From NCBI RefSeq assembly GCF_002945325.1, contig NZ_CP026606.1:450001-482000 (forward strand): 32,000 nt of DNA, given 5' to 3'. The notes beneath the pieces are model-generated. The model worked only from the letters and a program-made list of their open reading frames with translations. It was not told the origin of the DNA and made no database searches. Positions 7,860 to 16,635 of this stretch are shown here, in pieces. The first letter of the stretch is position 1, and each line of letters starts with the position of its first letter. Source of the DNA: Methanococcus maripaludis (GTDB lineage: Archaea > AGJL01 > Methanococci > Methanococcales > Methanococcaceae). The translations under genes and the position numbers were made by a program.

Positions 7860-10800
7860 TTACGCGATCATCAGTTTTTGATCTTTAAATGCAGTCAAGA
7901 TCCCCTTATCAATCATTACTTTAATTTTGTCTTCAACAGCCCCTTCCTGATAATTTCTAAACATTGCTCTTGAAATCACTGCAGCTCTTGAAACCACATT
8001 CGATTTCTTTTCTTCAACTTCGTCTTTTATGAGCTCTAAAATTATTCTTTCGTCACTGTCAAGATTTTCCGAATCATTTCTAACGAAACCTATTTCACGA
8101 TCTTTTTCAATAGGCATTAAATTCATTGAAAGAGCTTTTTTCGTCTTTCCGTCAATCTTGTATTCTTTGTAGTCAAACTCTTCTTCGTTTTTTAACTTCC
8201 TTAGACTGTATATTCCAAGCTTATCGATATTTAAATGATCTTTGCTCTCGTTTGTAAGCAGTAATTTAATAAATCCTTCCTTTCGATCTTCTTTTACAAA
8301 GACACCAACTGCGGAAAGTTTGTTCATGAGCTTGTTATAAGCATCTCTAGGAACGGAATTGTTCACTGCATCATAAATATTATACTGTACGCCTTCTTCG
8401 GTAACAATAATTCTCTTAACGTCATCGACAATTGTTTTCCTGATTCTTTTTCCAAGTGTACTCGTATGCGTATAGCTTTCAACAGGATTTTCAGAACTTG
8501 AATTATATTTCATTCCAAAGCTTTCAAATAAGAACTTCAACAGTTCTTTTCCAATGTAAAATATGCTTTCTTTTGCATTCTTTCTGGAAGCCTTAAAATC
8601 CAGCGTTTTTAATTGTTCATAGAATTTATCAATATTTCTATAGATAAACGCTCCAAGTTTGTTGATTTTATCTATCAAATACCTGTGTTCATCCTCAGTA
8701 TTTACCAAAGCTAAGTCATCAACGTCAATAATAACACAACGGTCAACTAGCGCTGGATCTTCTATTCGTATACTGTTTGCTGAAACCATTAATGGTCTTA
8801 TAAGCGAATTTTCGATTCTTGTGCTTATGTTATATCTTGAATCTTCAGTTCTTTTGGAGGTCCCTAAAATTTTTAAAATGTCATACATCTGCTCAGGAAT
8901 TTCCGCTTCGTCAATGATTAAAGGTAAATTGCAGTACTGTTCATTCTCTAATCTTATTCCCGTTCCGCCTGCTACCTTTTTACTGTTTAAAATATCCAGA
9001 TTTAAGAACATTTTTGCAAAAAGCAGTTTTATTCTCGCACTTTTTCCTGTTCCAAGCTGTCCGGTAATTACAAGATTTGGAAACATATCCAGTTTTTTAG
9101 TGTCCATTAAGTAATATCTAAATAATGATGCCATAGAATACTCTAAAATCCACTTTCCAAGATCATCCTGTAAATACTGGTCTAGATGGTAAATTAAATC
9201 TTCAATTTCACCCATTTCATATTTTAAATCAAACAATTCTCTTAATTTCTTTGCTTTTCCGTGACATACATACTTTGAATCAAGTTCCCAATCATTTCCA
9301 AGGATTGAATAATTTTCCCCAAAAAATCCGTATGCTTTTGATCTCTTGATTTTCTGGTTTTTATCGTATTTTTTAACAATATGCTGGTATGTAAGATAGT
9401 AATCTTCTGCAAAATCTTCCCATGTGACATTTTTAGTCTTTACAGTGTTTACAAAGTCCAAAAATGCATGTTCTTCATCCAAAATATCAATTACTTTCTT
9501 ATTTAACACCAATTCTTTATTATATTCAAAATCTTCCAGATTAAAGTACTGAACATGGTTTATATGTGGTTTTGAATAAGAACCAATATTTTTGCTCATT
9601 ATCATCGTGGAATTTGCGAGCTCTTTTTCCCAAGTTTTGTTTATAATACTTGCTCCACCAACCCTCTTGATTAGAACCTGTTTTTCTTCGAGCTGTTCTT
9701 CAAGCTGTTCAGCAGTTAATTCTTCGTTTTCCCTTTTTGTTAAAAAATAGGATTTTAATGGGTTTCCTCGTTTAATATTTACGATACTGCAGTTTTTACA
9801 TGATTCTTTTAATTCTGCAGGAGAATTTGCACAGTTTGAAGGAGCCCGTCTAGTTTTAAACCATTCTTCGAGGCTTTTTAAAGTCAATTCTTCATTGAAA
9901 TTATTTGAATATTTTTTAAAGATTTCAAGAGTTTTTCTCGCATCATTTCCACTATCCTGGTTAAAGTACCTCATGAAAAATGCTCTTAAAAATAACTGGA
10001 TTTCTCGATTTGCAGAACCAGTTTTCCTTAATTCAAGCGCTTTTTTAACACATGGTGGCACATAATCCCAGTTAATCTCTGAATTTGCTTCATAGGTTGT
10101 TTCTTCAATATTTTCTGATTTTACCTGTTCTTTAAATTGAACGTGGCTTTTAAATTCGTTTAATATCTGATCAAAAGAATAAACATTGTTTTTGTGTGAT
10201 AAAATCCTGCCCTGCTTTTCCTGGAATTTTTTATTATTTGAACCAGGAATTCTTAAAACTCTTGCAAGGTCGTAGATGTTAGAATCCGCGTTTATAAAAC
10301 CTTTATTAACATTGTCAAACTCAATTACTTTTTTAAATTCTTTTAACTTTTCTTCAGTGATTGACTCATTTAAAACATAGTAAACTTGCACACCGTGTCC
10401 TGTATAAAATACCCATGAAGGTTCTAGCGGAAGGTAAATACTGTTAAAATATCTTTTAACGATTGAAAATGCTTCTGAATCTGAAAGCTGGTTTAAATCT
10501 TTTTCATTAGGGGTTTCTGGATATTTTGTTTTATCTTTGTAGTCGAGGCAGTCTTTTAAAATATCAATATCTAACGGGATTATCGAGAGTTTATCGTATG
10601 TAGCGTCTTTAGTTCCGCGTTCTTCTTTTTTAAGGCCTATTCCAAAGTATACACAGAGTTTTTTATTTACTGCTCTTGATTCATCTAAAAACAAATCCAA
10701 CTGTTTTGGATATTCATAAAACTTTGAAACTGGCTTTTTATTGGTATTAAATGCCCTCAATTCAAGATATGCAGTATCTTCTGAATTTTTCGAGAAAATC

Positions 10801-10892
10801 TGTTCAAAAAACTTTCTAACAGTATTTTCAGTTAATGCCTGCATACTTTTTTCTTTTGCCTCTGATCGATCCATTTTTCCCCTTTCTAACAT
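7860..10892 (-). CDS. Archaeal PrimPol / D5-type primase-helicase (replication protein)
   Basis: N-terminal LDIDI, TGHGVQVYYVL and NVYDLARVLRIPGS motifs typical of archaeo-viral PrimPol domains; Cys cluster; Walker A GQLGTGKS, Walker B-like LPLIIDEAE; C-terminal wHTH-like region. Confidence 0.85.
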   Translation of the reverse strand: MLERGKMDRSEAKEKSMQALTENTVRKFFEQIFSKNSEDTAYLELRAFNTNKKPVSKFYEYPKQLDLFLDESRAVNKKLCVYFGIGLKKEERGTKDATYDKLSIIPLDIDILKDCLDYKDKTKYPETPNEKDLNQLSDSEAFSIVKRYFNSIYLPLEPSWVFYTGHGVQVYYVLNESITEEKLKEFKKVIEFDNVNKGFINADSNIYDLARVLRIPGSNNKKFQEKQGRILSHKNNVYSFDQILNEFKSHVQFKEQVKSENIEETTYEANSEINWDYVPPCVKKALELRKTGSANREIQLFLRAFFMRYFNQDSGNDARKTLEIFKKYSNNFNEELTLKSLEEWFKTRRAPSNCANSPAELKESCKNCSIVNIKRGNPLKSYFLTKRENEELTAEQLEEQLEEKQVLIKRVGGASIINKTWEKELANSTMIMSKNIGSYSKPHINHVQYFNLEDFEYNKELVLNKKVIDILDEEHAFLDFVNTVKTKNVTWEDFAEDYYLTYQHIVKKYDKNQKIKRSKAYGFFGENYSILGNDWELDSKYVCHGKAKKLRELFDLKYEMGEIEDLIYHLDQYLQDDLGKWILEYSMASLFRYYLMDTKKLDMFPNLVITGQLGTGKSARIKLLFAKMFLNLDILNSKKVAGGTGIRLENEQYCNLPLIIDEAEIPEQMYDILKILGTSKRTEDSRYNISTRIENSLIRPLMVSANSIRIEDPALVDRCVIIDVDDLALVNTEDEHRYLIDKINKLGAFIYRNIDKFYEQLKTLDFKASRKNAKESIFYIGKELLKFLFESFGMKYNSSSENPVESYTHTSTLGKRIRKTIVDDVKRIIVTEEGVQYNIYDAVNNSVPRDAYNKLMNKLSAVGVFVKEDRKEGFIKLLLTNESKDHLNIDKLGIYSLRKLKNEEEFDYKEYKIDGKTKKALSMNLMPIEKDREIGFVRNDSENLDSDERIILELIKDEVEEKKSNVVSRAAVISRAMFRNYQEGAVEDKIKVMIDKGILTAFKDQKLMIA

Positions 10893-10902
10893 TAATTTAA
10901 AC

Positions 10903-11880
10903 TCATAGCATTTTCTTAATGTCTTTAATCATTTTCTGCTGCCTTTCTTTAGAATGTGCATAAAATAACGTCGTTTCAATTGATTTGTGCCCCAAATATT
11001 CTTTTACAATTTCAATTGGAATTCCCTGATCTAAAAGATCTACTGCTCGCCCGTGTCTTAAACTGTGGACTACGATTCGTTTGTTTTTTGGGATTTTACC
11101 TTCTTGTTTTAATTCATCAATTGTACTTTTAAATACCTGACCGATCCAACCAACTTTTACGATTCTACCGCCTTTGTTAGTTTGAAAGATCGTATCTTCC
11201 GGCCCCTGTAGTACATTAAATCTGCAGTAGTGCTTTAAAGCTTCAAGCGTGTCGCCTGAGCACGTTACCATTCTTTCTTCACTTCCTTTAGTATCCCTAA
11301 GCTTGAAGAGTCCTTCGTTAAAGTCGCAGTCGCCATACGTGATGTTTAAAGATTCAGAGAGTCTTGCTCCAGTATCCCATAAAAACCGGATGTGTACTGC
11401 ATCCCTTAATTTTGTTCTACTGCTGCTTTTGATAATTTTTTGAAGCACTTGATTTATCAAATCAGCATTTATTGAATCATAGTGCTTTATTTCAAATTTT
11501 GAATATCTTTTTCTTTCCTTACTTTCTTCTTCAAACTGAGAGAAGTTTTTAAGCCGCATAAGTCGGTAAAACACCTTTAACAGTTTAAAATACTTGTCAA
11601 GAGTATTTCTTTGAAGTTTTCGCTCTTTTTCAAGATAATTAAAGAACTTGACAAAGTCGCCGTTATTTGTAATTTCAGGCGTTTTTTCGATTTCTAGGAA
11701 AACAAACGATAAAAATACCCTTAACCTCGTGATGTCATTTCTCAACGTTGTTTTTTTGATTCCATCAAATTCTCGCTCTTCCCTGAAACGGTCGAGCCAT
11801 TCCCTAATTTGTGGAGTTTCTTTTACCTCATCTCGTTTTGGTTTGATAGATATAAGTTTCTCGATGTCCATCTGATTCAC
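10903..11880 (-). CDS. Tyrosine recombinase / integrase (XerC/D-like phage integrase family)
   Basis: Catalytic signatures DTGARLSESLNITYGD (Arg), HSLRHGRAVDLLDQG (HxLRH), EYLGHKSIETTLFYAH (GH...Tyr). Confidence 0.92.
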   Translation of the reverse strand: MNQMDIEKLISIKPKRDEVKETPQIREWLDRFREEREFDGIKKTTLRNDITRLRVFLSFVFLEIEKTPEITNNGDFVKFFNYLEKERKLQRNTLDKYFKLLKVFYRLMRLKNFSQFEEESKERKRYSKFEIKHYDSINADLINQVLQKIIKSSSRTKLRDAVHIRFLWDTGARLSESLNITYGDCDFNEGLFKLRDTKGSEERMVTCSGDTLEALKHYCRFNVLQGPEDTIFQTNKGGRIVKVGWIGQVFKSTIDELKQEGKIPKNKRIVVHSLRHGRAVDLLDQGIPIEIVKEYLGHKSIETTLFYAHSKERQQKMIKDIKKML

Positions 11881-12116
11881 GCTGTGCTTTCTGTCATTAT
11901 TATGTAATTTACGAGTAGATTTGTCGCTCTTCCGAATTTTTCAATTATTTTTTCTTCTTCTTTTGAAAGGCTTAATGGTCGTTTGTGCTGTTTTGGTGCT
12001 TTGACAACTTCTGCGAGCTGTTCTGGGTCGATATTCTCAATATTTTCGAGTTTATGAAAGTAGTATCGAAGGGTCCTTGCATCCATTTCTCTTATCAGGG
12101 TAAAGTGCTGTTTCAT
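11877..12116 (-). CDS. Small hypothetical protein (79 aa)
   Basis: ORF overlapping the integrase start by 4 nt and the 12113-12271 stop by ATGA. Confidence 0.6.
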   Translation of the reverse strand: MKQHFTLIREMDARTLRYYFHKLENIENIDPEQLAEVVKAPKQHKRPLSLSKEEEKIIEKFGRATNLLVNYIIMTESTA

Positions 12117-12271
12117 TGTTCCACCTCTTTTTCGTATTTTTCAAAAATTTCGTTTAATTCCCCTTTTATTTTATCAAAATCTTTTCCTTTAACTTTAAAT
12201 TCTTGAATAACTATTGCTGTAACGTCCGCATTTCCAGATTCGTGATTTTCAACGTTTATCACATCAATCAT
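12113..12271 (-). CDS. Small hypothetical protein (52 aa) MIDVINVENHESGNADVTAIVIQEFKVKGKDFDKIKGELNEIFEKYEKEVEQ
   Basis: ATG with ggtgaa upstream; ATGA overlap with 12116 ORF; below the track's length cutoff. Confidence 0.55.
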   Translation of the reverse strand: MIDVINVENHESGNADVTAIVIQEFKVKGKDFDKIKGELNEIFEKYEKEVEQ

Positions 12272-12495
12272 ACTTTCACCCCAATTACTTCTTTAAGCAG
12301 TTTTAATTGCTTATTTTCCAGATTCGTGATTATTTCGTAGTTTCTAACATCGACAGACGAAAATCTTTCAGGTTTTGAATCAACGTCACTTAATGCGATA
12401 AAATCCCCGTTTCTAAATTTTCTAAGAATTAAAAAAAGCACACCCTTGTCGCTTTTCAAAAAATCCCCATCTTTCATTTCCTGCATTTTTTTCAC
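12268..12495 (-). CDS. Small hypothetical protein (75 aa)
   Basis: ORF in a chained operon. Confidence 0.6.
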   Translation of the reverse strand: MKKMQEMKDGDFLKSDKGVLFLILRKFRNGDFIALSDVDSKPERFSSVDVRNYEIITNLENKQLKLLKEVIGVKV

Positions 12496-12647
12496 CCCAA
12501 AAATATTTTGCTTTCATTTTCTTCGACAATTGTTTTAAGTTCATCAAGAACTTCCCTAAGACCTTCCTGGTTTACAAGCCGTCCTTTTGGATTTACTTCG
12601 ACCTGGAGGTTTAAAAGTCCATATTTCCAGTAAGAATAAGTGTCCAT
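12492..12647 (-). CDS. Small hypothetical protein (51 aa) MDTYSYWKYGLLNLQVEVNPKGRLVNQEGLREVLDELKTIVEENESKIFLG
   Basis: AGGTGA upstream of ATG, overlap coupling with the next ORF; not in the supplied track. Confidence 0.55.
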   Translation of the reverse strand: MDTYSYWKYGLLNLQVEVNPKGRLVNQEGLREVLDELKTIVEENESKIFLG

Positions 12648-12904
12648 TTTTTTCACCTGTTGTAGTAAAATTTTTGAATTTTCCGAAACGTTTATAAATT
12701 GAAACGTCTAGATATATCTCGGGAATGGGAACACGACCACACCGTGCACCTTATTTTTTGATTTGATCATTTTTTTAGATCTAAACTATTTTTCTAGATC
12801 TTTTAGATGATTTTTAAACATTTTAAAGGTTTATTTAGTCTTAATTTCGAATAATTTTAAATATTATAACTTGATATTGCTATTTGGGGTAAATTCGGAT
12901 CCAT

Positions 12905-12930
12905 AATTGTACAAAACGCAATTGTACAAA
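12905..12930. promoter_or_regulatory. Tandem AATTGTACAAA direct repeat with palindromic TTGTACAA cores, 15-bp spacing
   Basis: aattgtacaaaacgcaattgtacaaa read directly. Confidence 0.5.
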
Positions 12931-12972
12931 CTTATCGATTTTGAATTTTTACCTTCTTACGCAATTATTTTT

Positions 12973-13212
12973 TCAAGCGTTTAGGTAGTCGATTCTTTCA
13001 ATTTTGAACATTCTATCTCGTTTCCTGTTCGTCTTCATGTCAATTTTTCTCTTGATTTTTAAAAATTCTGGACGGCTTAAAACTTTTAATTTGCATTTTT
13101 CGTCTTTTACAAGTTTCAAAATTCTAAGTAATTCGTTTTTACCACTTGCTACACCGTAACTTTCAGGAATTGCTCCTTTTTTAATGATATAATGAAATTT
13201 CACTGTTTTCAC
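12973..13212 (-). CDS. Small basic hypothetical protein (79 aa)
   Basis: ORF with ggtgaaa upstream. Confidence 0.55.
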   Translation of the reverse strand: MKTVKFHYIIKKGAIPESYGVASGKNELLRILKLVKDEKCKLKVLSRPEFLKIKRKIDMKTNRKRDRMFKIERIDYLNA

Positions 13213-13404
13213 CTCTTCATAATTTACATAATTTGTCGAAACATAACGTTTAAATTTAAGATCGCCTTTGTTACTGTGGGGCCACAGTGTTCAAGGGGGT
13301 AATTTCGTAATCTCACAACCACGATTTTAACGTAGATTTATCTTTTGAAGACTGTAAACCCTTTTTTTAACAATCATCTGAACAAATTTTCTTTTTTTTA
13401 AGTT

Positions 13405-13620
13405 TTATTCAACAGCTTTGGTTTTTAACTGGTTTTGAATCTGAATTGCGATTCTTTCAGGCTCGACCGGGCAGTCTTCATCGTAAATGATGACTCTTGC
13501 GCGCTTTCCAACATGTTCTGGAAATGGATTTGGCCAGACCCTTCCACCGCCGCCCTGCTTTTTTATGACTGCATCGTAGCAGACAAGTATGTTTTTTTCT
13601 GAATTTTCGATAATGACCAC
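13405..13620 (-). CDS. Small hypothetical protein (71 aa)
   Basis: ORF in colinear small-gene array. Confidence 0.5.
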   Translation of the reverse strand: MVIIENSEKNILVCYDAVIKKQGGGGRVWPNPFPEHVGKRARVIIYDEDCPVEPERIAIQIQNQLKTKAVE

Positions 13621-13632
13621 CTTTTTTGAATT

Positions 13633-13776
13633 TTAGTTTTGATCTGGTTTAGTTTCTGAATTTTCATCGGATTTTGAGACTTTTACAAAATTTTCAACCT
13701 GTTTTGAACCATTAAAAAGATTTTCAAGTTCATTTTCGAAATTTTCTTTTGTTTTTTTAGCTTCTGAATTGTTCAT
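13633..13776 (-). CDS. Small hypothetical protein (47 aa) MNNSEAKKTKENFENELENLFNGSKQVENFVKVSKSDENSETKPDQN
   Basis: ATG...TAA, colinear with neighbours; not in track. Confidence 0.4.
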   Translation of the reverse strand: MNNSEAKKTKENFENELENLFNGSKQVENFVKVSKSDENSETKPDQN

Positions 13777-13780
13777 GAGT

Positions 13781-13924
13781 TTACCGCCCATCTTCCGTTT
13801 CTTCATTTGTGCAGTCTCTGCATTCTAGCCCCACCGTAGTGCTTGCAGCCCTGTAAATTACGTCTACTCTAACGTTTGTAGAACCGCATTTTTTACATAT
13901 TATCTGGAAATCTTTTGGATCCAT
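13781..13924 (-). CDS. Small zinc-ribbon protein (47 aa) MDPKDFQIICKKCGSTNVRVDVIYRAASTTVGLECRDCTNEETEDGR
   Basis: CKKC...CRDC paired cysteines; not in track. Confidence 0.6.
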   Translation of the reverse strand: MDPKDFQIICKKCGSTNVRVDVIYRAASTTVGLECRDCTNEETEDGR

Positions 13925-13987
13925 TTTTATCAGCCCCATTTTCTTTAAAATTTAATTTTAAGGATTTTTAGAAATTTACTTGGTTAA

Positions 13988-14191
13988 TCATTCTTCAATA
14001 TTTAATTTTACATCTTGGTACACGCCCATGTTTACTGACATGAAAAAGTCTTCTTCATCCCACGTTATTCCCATTCCGAGAACTTTACGGCCGGTTTTTT
14101 CTAAAACTTCTTTTTCGACGCCTGCCAAGATTTTATAAATGGTTTCATACGTTTTTTCGATATTTTGATTTGAATTTTCCAATTCAGTCAC
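13988..14191 (-). CDS. Small hypothetical protein (67 aa)
   Basis: ORF. Confidence 0.5.
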   Translation of the reverse strand: MTELENSNQNIEKTYETIYKILAGVEKEVLEKTGRKVLGMGITWDEEDFFMSVNMGVYQDVKLNIEE

Positions 14192-14194
14192 CTT

Positions 14195-14392
14195 TTAAAA
14201 TTTTTGAAGTAATAGTAGAACTAAAATTCCAAACGTAATCTGGAGTGCTAAAAACGCCCCATACGTTATTTTCATCTTTTCATAGCCTTGGATTGTTATG
14301 TAAACGAAGCAGAAAGCCAGAAATGCTGTAAAAATTATTTTTAAATATAGATTCAGTATTAAATCCACCAGGATTTCTAGCAATGATTTCAC
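14195..14392 (-). CDS. Small membrane protein (65 aa, 2 TM)
   Basis: Two hydrophobic segments. Confidence 0.55.
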   Translation of the reverse strand: MKSLLEILVDLILNLYLKIIFTAFLAFCFVYITIQGYEKMKITYGAFLALQITFGILVLLLLQKF

Positions 14393-14411
14393 CTCTTGAA
14401 TTTTACATATA

Positions 14412-14488
14412 ACATTTTTTGTTATTTGATTACACTTGTAATTATGAGTAATTATCCTATATATAGCTTATTACATTTTTTGTTATTT
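14412..14488. promoter_or_regulatory. Divergent promoter region with 16-bp perfect direct repeat ACATTTTTTGTTATTT (14412-14427, 14473-14488)
   Basis: Seen in sequence upstream of the divergent wHTH gene. Confidence 0.5.
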
Positions 14489-14567
14489 AATAATTAATTT
14501 CGTTATGATTTTCAAATATATATGATAAGGTAAACATAATTGATACATGGAAAACTAGCGGGATAGT

Positions 14568-14963
14568 ATGATTGAGATTTTTAACCAAAAATTCGTAAAA
14601 GATATTCTTACTTTAGTATTCGAGAACTCAGAAGGAATGTTTTTTACAGATCTTCAGGATAAACTAACTGAAACGTATGGGAGCATTCATCAAAGTGCAG
14701 TAAGCCGTGCAATATCCACATTATTTCAAAATAGAATGATTGAAAAATTGGAAGTTAGAGTGGACCAAAAAAATATTCCTAAAAGTTTCTATAGAATAAC
14801 GGAAACAGGCAAATTTGCTTTTAAAATACTTGAAATGGATAAAGAACTTGATGAAGAAGTAAAAGGAGTTAAATTTCACAACGAAATCAACGGGGATGTT
14901 GGACAAGTTATCAACATTGATAAAGCCGACAGCTTAGAGATTAACTTTAAAAAAGGTAAATAA
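14568..14963 (+). CDS. wHTH regulator (131 aa) with C-terminal NGDVGQVINIDKADSLEINFKKGK segment
   Basis: Winged-helix pattern (SEGMFFTDLQDKLTETYGSIHQSAVSRAISTLFQNRMIEKLE...FYRITETGKFAFKILE). Confidence 0.75.
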   Translation: MIEIFNQKFVKDILTLVFENSEGMFFTDLQDKLTETYGSIHQSAVSRAISTLFQNRMIEKLEVRVDQKNIPKSFYRITETGKFAFKILEMDKELDEEVKGVKFHNEINGDVGQVINIDKADSLEINFKKGK

Positions 14964-15040
14964 TTACTATTTTGATATTTTATCGGGATTGAATCGATAT
15001 TTTTAAATATTCTTTTTTAAATAATTAAGTTATTAAATTT
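14921..15040. repeat. Direct repeat R1 (parental copy: 3' end of the 14568-14963 gene plus downstream flank)
   Basis: taaagccgacagcttagagattaactttaaaaaaggtaaataattactattttgatattttatcgggattgaatcgatattttt...; recurs at 16472-16592 and 17731-17809. Confidence 0.85.
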
Positions 15041-15060
15041 ATTATTTTTGAGGTGGGTTA

Positions 15061-15192
15061 ATGGCAAGGAAAAATCCAACGACTACGAATGGTAAAGTAA
15101 ATCGGGCATTAACGGGGGACGGAAGGAAAAAACCTGTAAAACAGATTAAAAAGAACATTAAAGAAATGATTGACGCTTCAAAAAAGAAGTAA
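15061..15192 (+). CDS. Small basic protein (43 aa) MARKNPTTTNGKVNRALTGDGRKKPVKQIKKNIKEMIDASKKK
   Basis: gaggtgg RBS-like sequence upstream of ATG; not in track. Confidence 0.5.
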   Translation: MARKNPTTTNGKVNRALTGDGRKKPVKQIKKNIKEMIDASKKK

Positions 15193-15252
15193 TTTTTTTA
15201 TTTTTTTTAAGATTTATTGTAATTTAAAAAAACTAAAATTTATGGTGTATGT

Positions 15253-16431
15253 ATGGAAATGAAAAATCTTCAAGATTTACTTATGGAAAAGATTTATTTA
15301 GAATATATAAACGGCAAAAAAACATTATCCCAATCAGAATTTAAGTATCTAGGCGTAGACAATGATGATATTTATATCGCATTGAAAGATCTGTGTTATG
15401 AAAACAAAATCGATCTTAAAGCACAAAGAACTACAATGGGTGTTTATTATTTTACAGAATTGACTGCGAATGGAATAAAATCAGTTGAAAACCCAAAATT
15501 TACTAAAAAACAGGTTGAAAAAGCTAAAAAAATTATAAATGAAAATTCAGCACTGGTAATGAATTCTAAATACCAAACACATCAAAACAACATAAAAATA
15601 TTGTTGGATGAATTTGAAAACGACCCTGTTTTAAGACATATAATGCTTAAGTTAAAGATTATAGATTATGATTTTGATAGTTGGTATTCTGAAACAACAT
15701 CTACAATGTCCTCAATGGTGGCTTCTGCTAGATACGAATTACCCTCAAATAAAGATAAAAGATTATCTTTATTATATAAATTTTTAAAGGCTATTTCAGA
15801 AGGTAAACTTAAAGCATACAATTTTTCATTGATGGCATTGAGCGGAGATAAAAACCTTGATACATTAACAGATGTTTTTAACGAACAGATTTTTGTTCAT
15901 TTTTATAATGGAATTCTTTCAAAACTGGAAATTATTCTCGAAGAAATTGAAATTACAGGTGTGAACGTGGAGAATGTTACTATAAACTCAAATATTCAAA
16001 ATTCAATTTTTAAAAACAATGAATTTTCGTTAAATAATAAACTGGTATTTATATTATGTCCTTTTGAAGACGTCTTCAACGTTGTTTGTGCAGATCATAT
16101 TAAACCCCTCATGACATCATTAGACTTGGATTGTATGCGTGCTGACGATATATTTGACACCAAACCGATCATTGAAGATATTTGGAAGTGTATTAACGAA
16201 GCTCGCATTATAATTGCAGATTTAACACATAGGAATCCAAATGTTTTTTATGAATTGGGTCTTGCACATGCATTGGGAAAAGAAGTTATTACAATAACTC
16301 AAAATATTGCAGATATTCCCTTCGATGTTCGCCATATGCGAATTATTGAGTATTCTTACACTCCACGGGGAGTTGAAAAATTACAAAATGATTTAAAAAA
16401 GACTATCGAAACGATTTTAAACAGAACATAA
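15253..16431 (+). CDS. Putative effector: N-terminal HTH-like region plus C-terminal nucleoside 2-deoxyribosyltransferase/TIR-like nucleotide-hydrolase fold
   Basis: KLVFILCPFEDVFNVVCADHIKPLMTSLDLDCMRADDIFDTKPIIEDIWKCINEARIIIADLTHRNPNVFYELGLAHALGKEVITITQ...: pattern of NDT/TIR-like proteins (ADLT, NVFYELGLAHALGK). Confidence 0.7.
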   Translation: MEMKNLQDLLMEKIYLEYINGKKTLSQSEFKYLGVDNDDIYIALKDLCYENKIDLKAQRTTMGVYYFTELTANGIKSVENPKFTKKQVEKAKKIINENSALVMNSKYQTHQNNIKILLDEFENDPVLRHIMLKLKIIDYDFDSWYSETTSTMSSMVASARYELPSNKDKRLSLLYKFLKAISEGKLKAYNFSLMALSGDKNLDTLTDVFNEQIFVHFYNGILSKLEIILEEIEITGVNVENVTINSNIQNSIFKNNEFSLNNKLVFILCPFEDVFNVVCADHIKPLMTSLDLDCMRADDIFDTKPIIEDIWKCINEARIIIADLTHRNPNVFYELGLAHALGKEVITITQNIADIPFDVRHMRIIEYSYTPRGVEKLQNDLKKTIETILNRT

Positions 16432-16471
16432 TACTTTTAAATTTTAAAGTAAATCGATCTTTTTAAATTTT

Positions 16472-16592
16472 TTAAAGCCGAGGGCTTATGGATTAACTTT
16501 AAAAAAAGTAATTAATTCTATTTTTGATATTTTATCGGGATTTAATCGGTATTTTTAAATATTCTTTTTTTAATAATTAAGTTATTAACTTT
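16472..16592. repeat. Direct repeat R2 (remnant copy of R1)
   Basis: ttaaagccgagggcttatggattaactttaaaaaaagtaattaattctatttttgatattttatcgggatttaatcggtatttttaaatattc...; retains reading KAEGLWINFKKSN*. Confidence 0.85.
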
Positions 16593-16635
16593 TATAACGA
16601 TTTATTTTGATATTGTAACTTATGGGGGCAACATA

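Noticed and set aside
8659-9114. Plus-strand 151-aa ORF inside the primase-helicase gene
   Set aside because: Antisense to the Walker A/B region of a confident CDS; Ser/Phe/Leu-rich shadow translation.
10903-11880. Split SSV-type integrase typical of some archaeal elements
   Set aside because: The integrase here is a single intact ORF with all catalytic motifs and is not located at the att site, so a split-integrase model is not supported.
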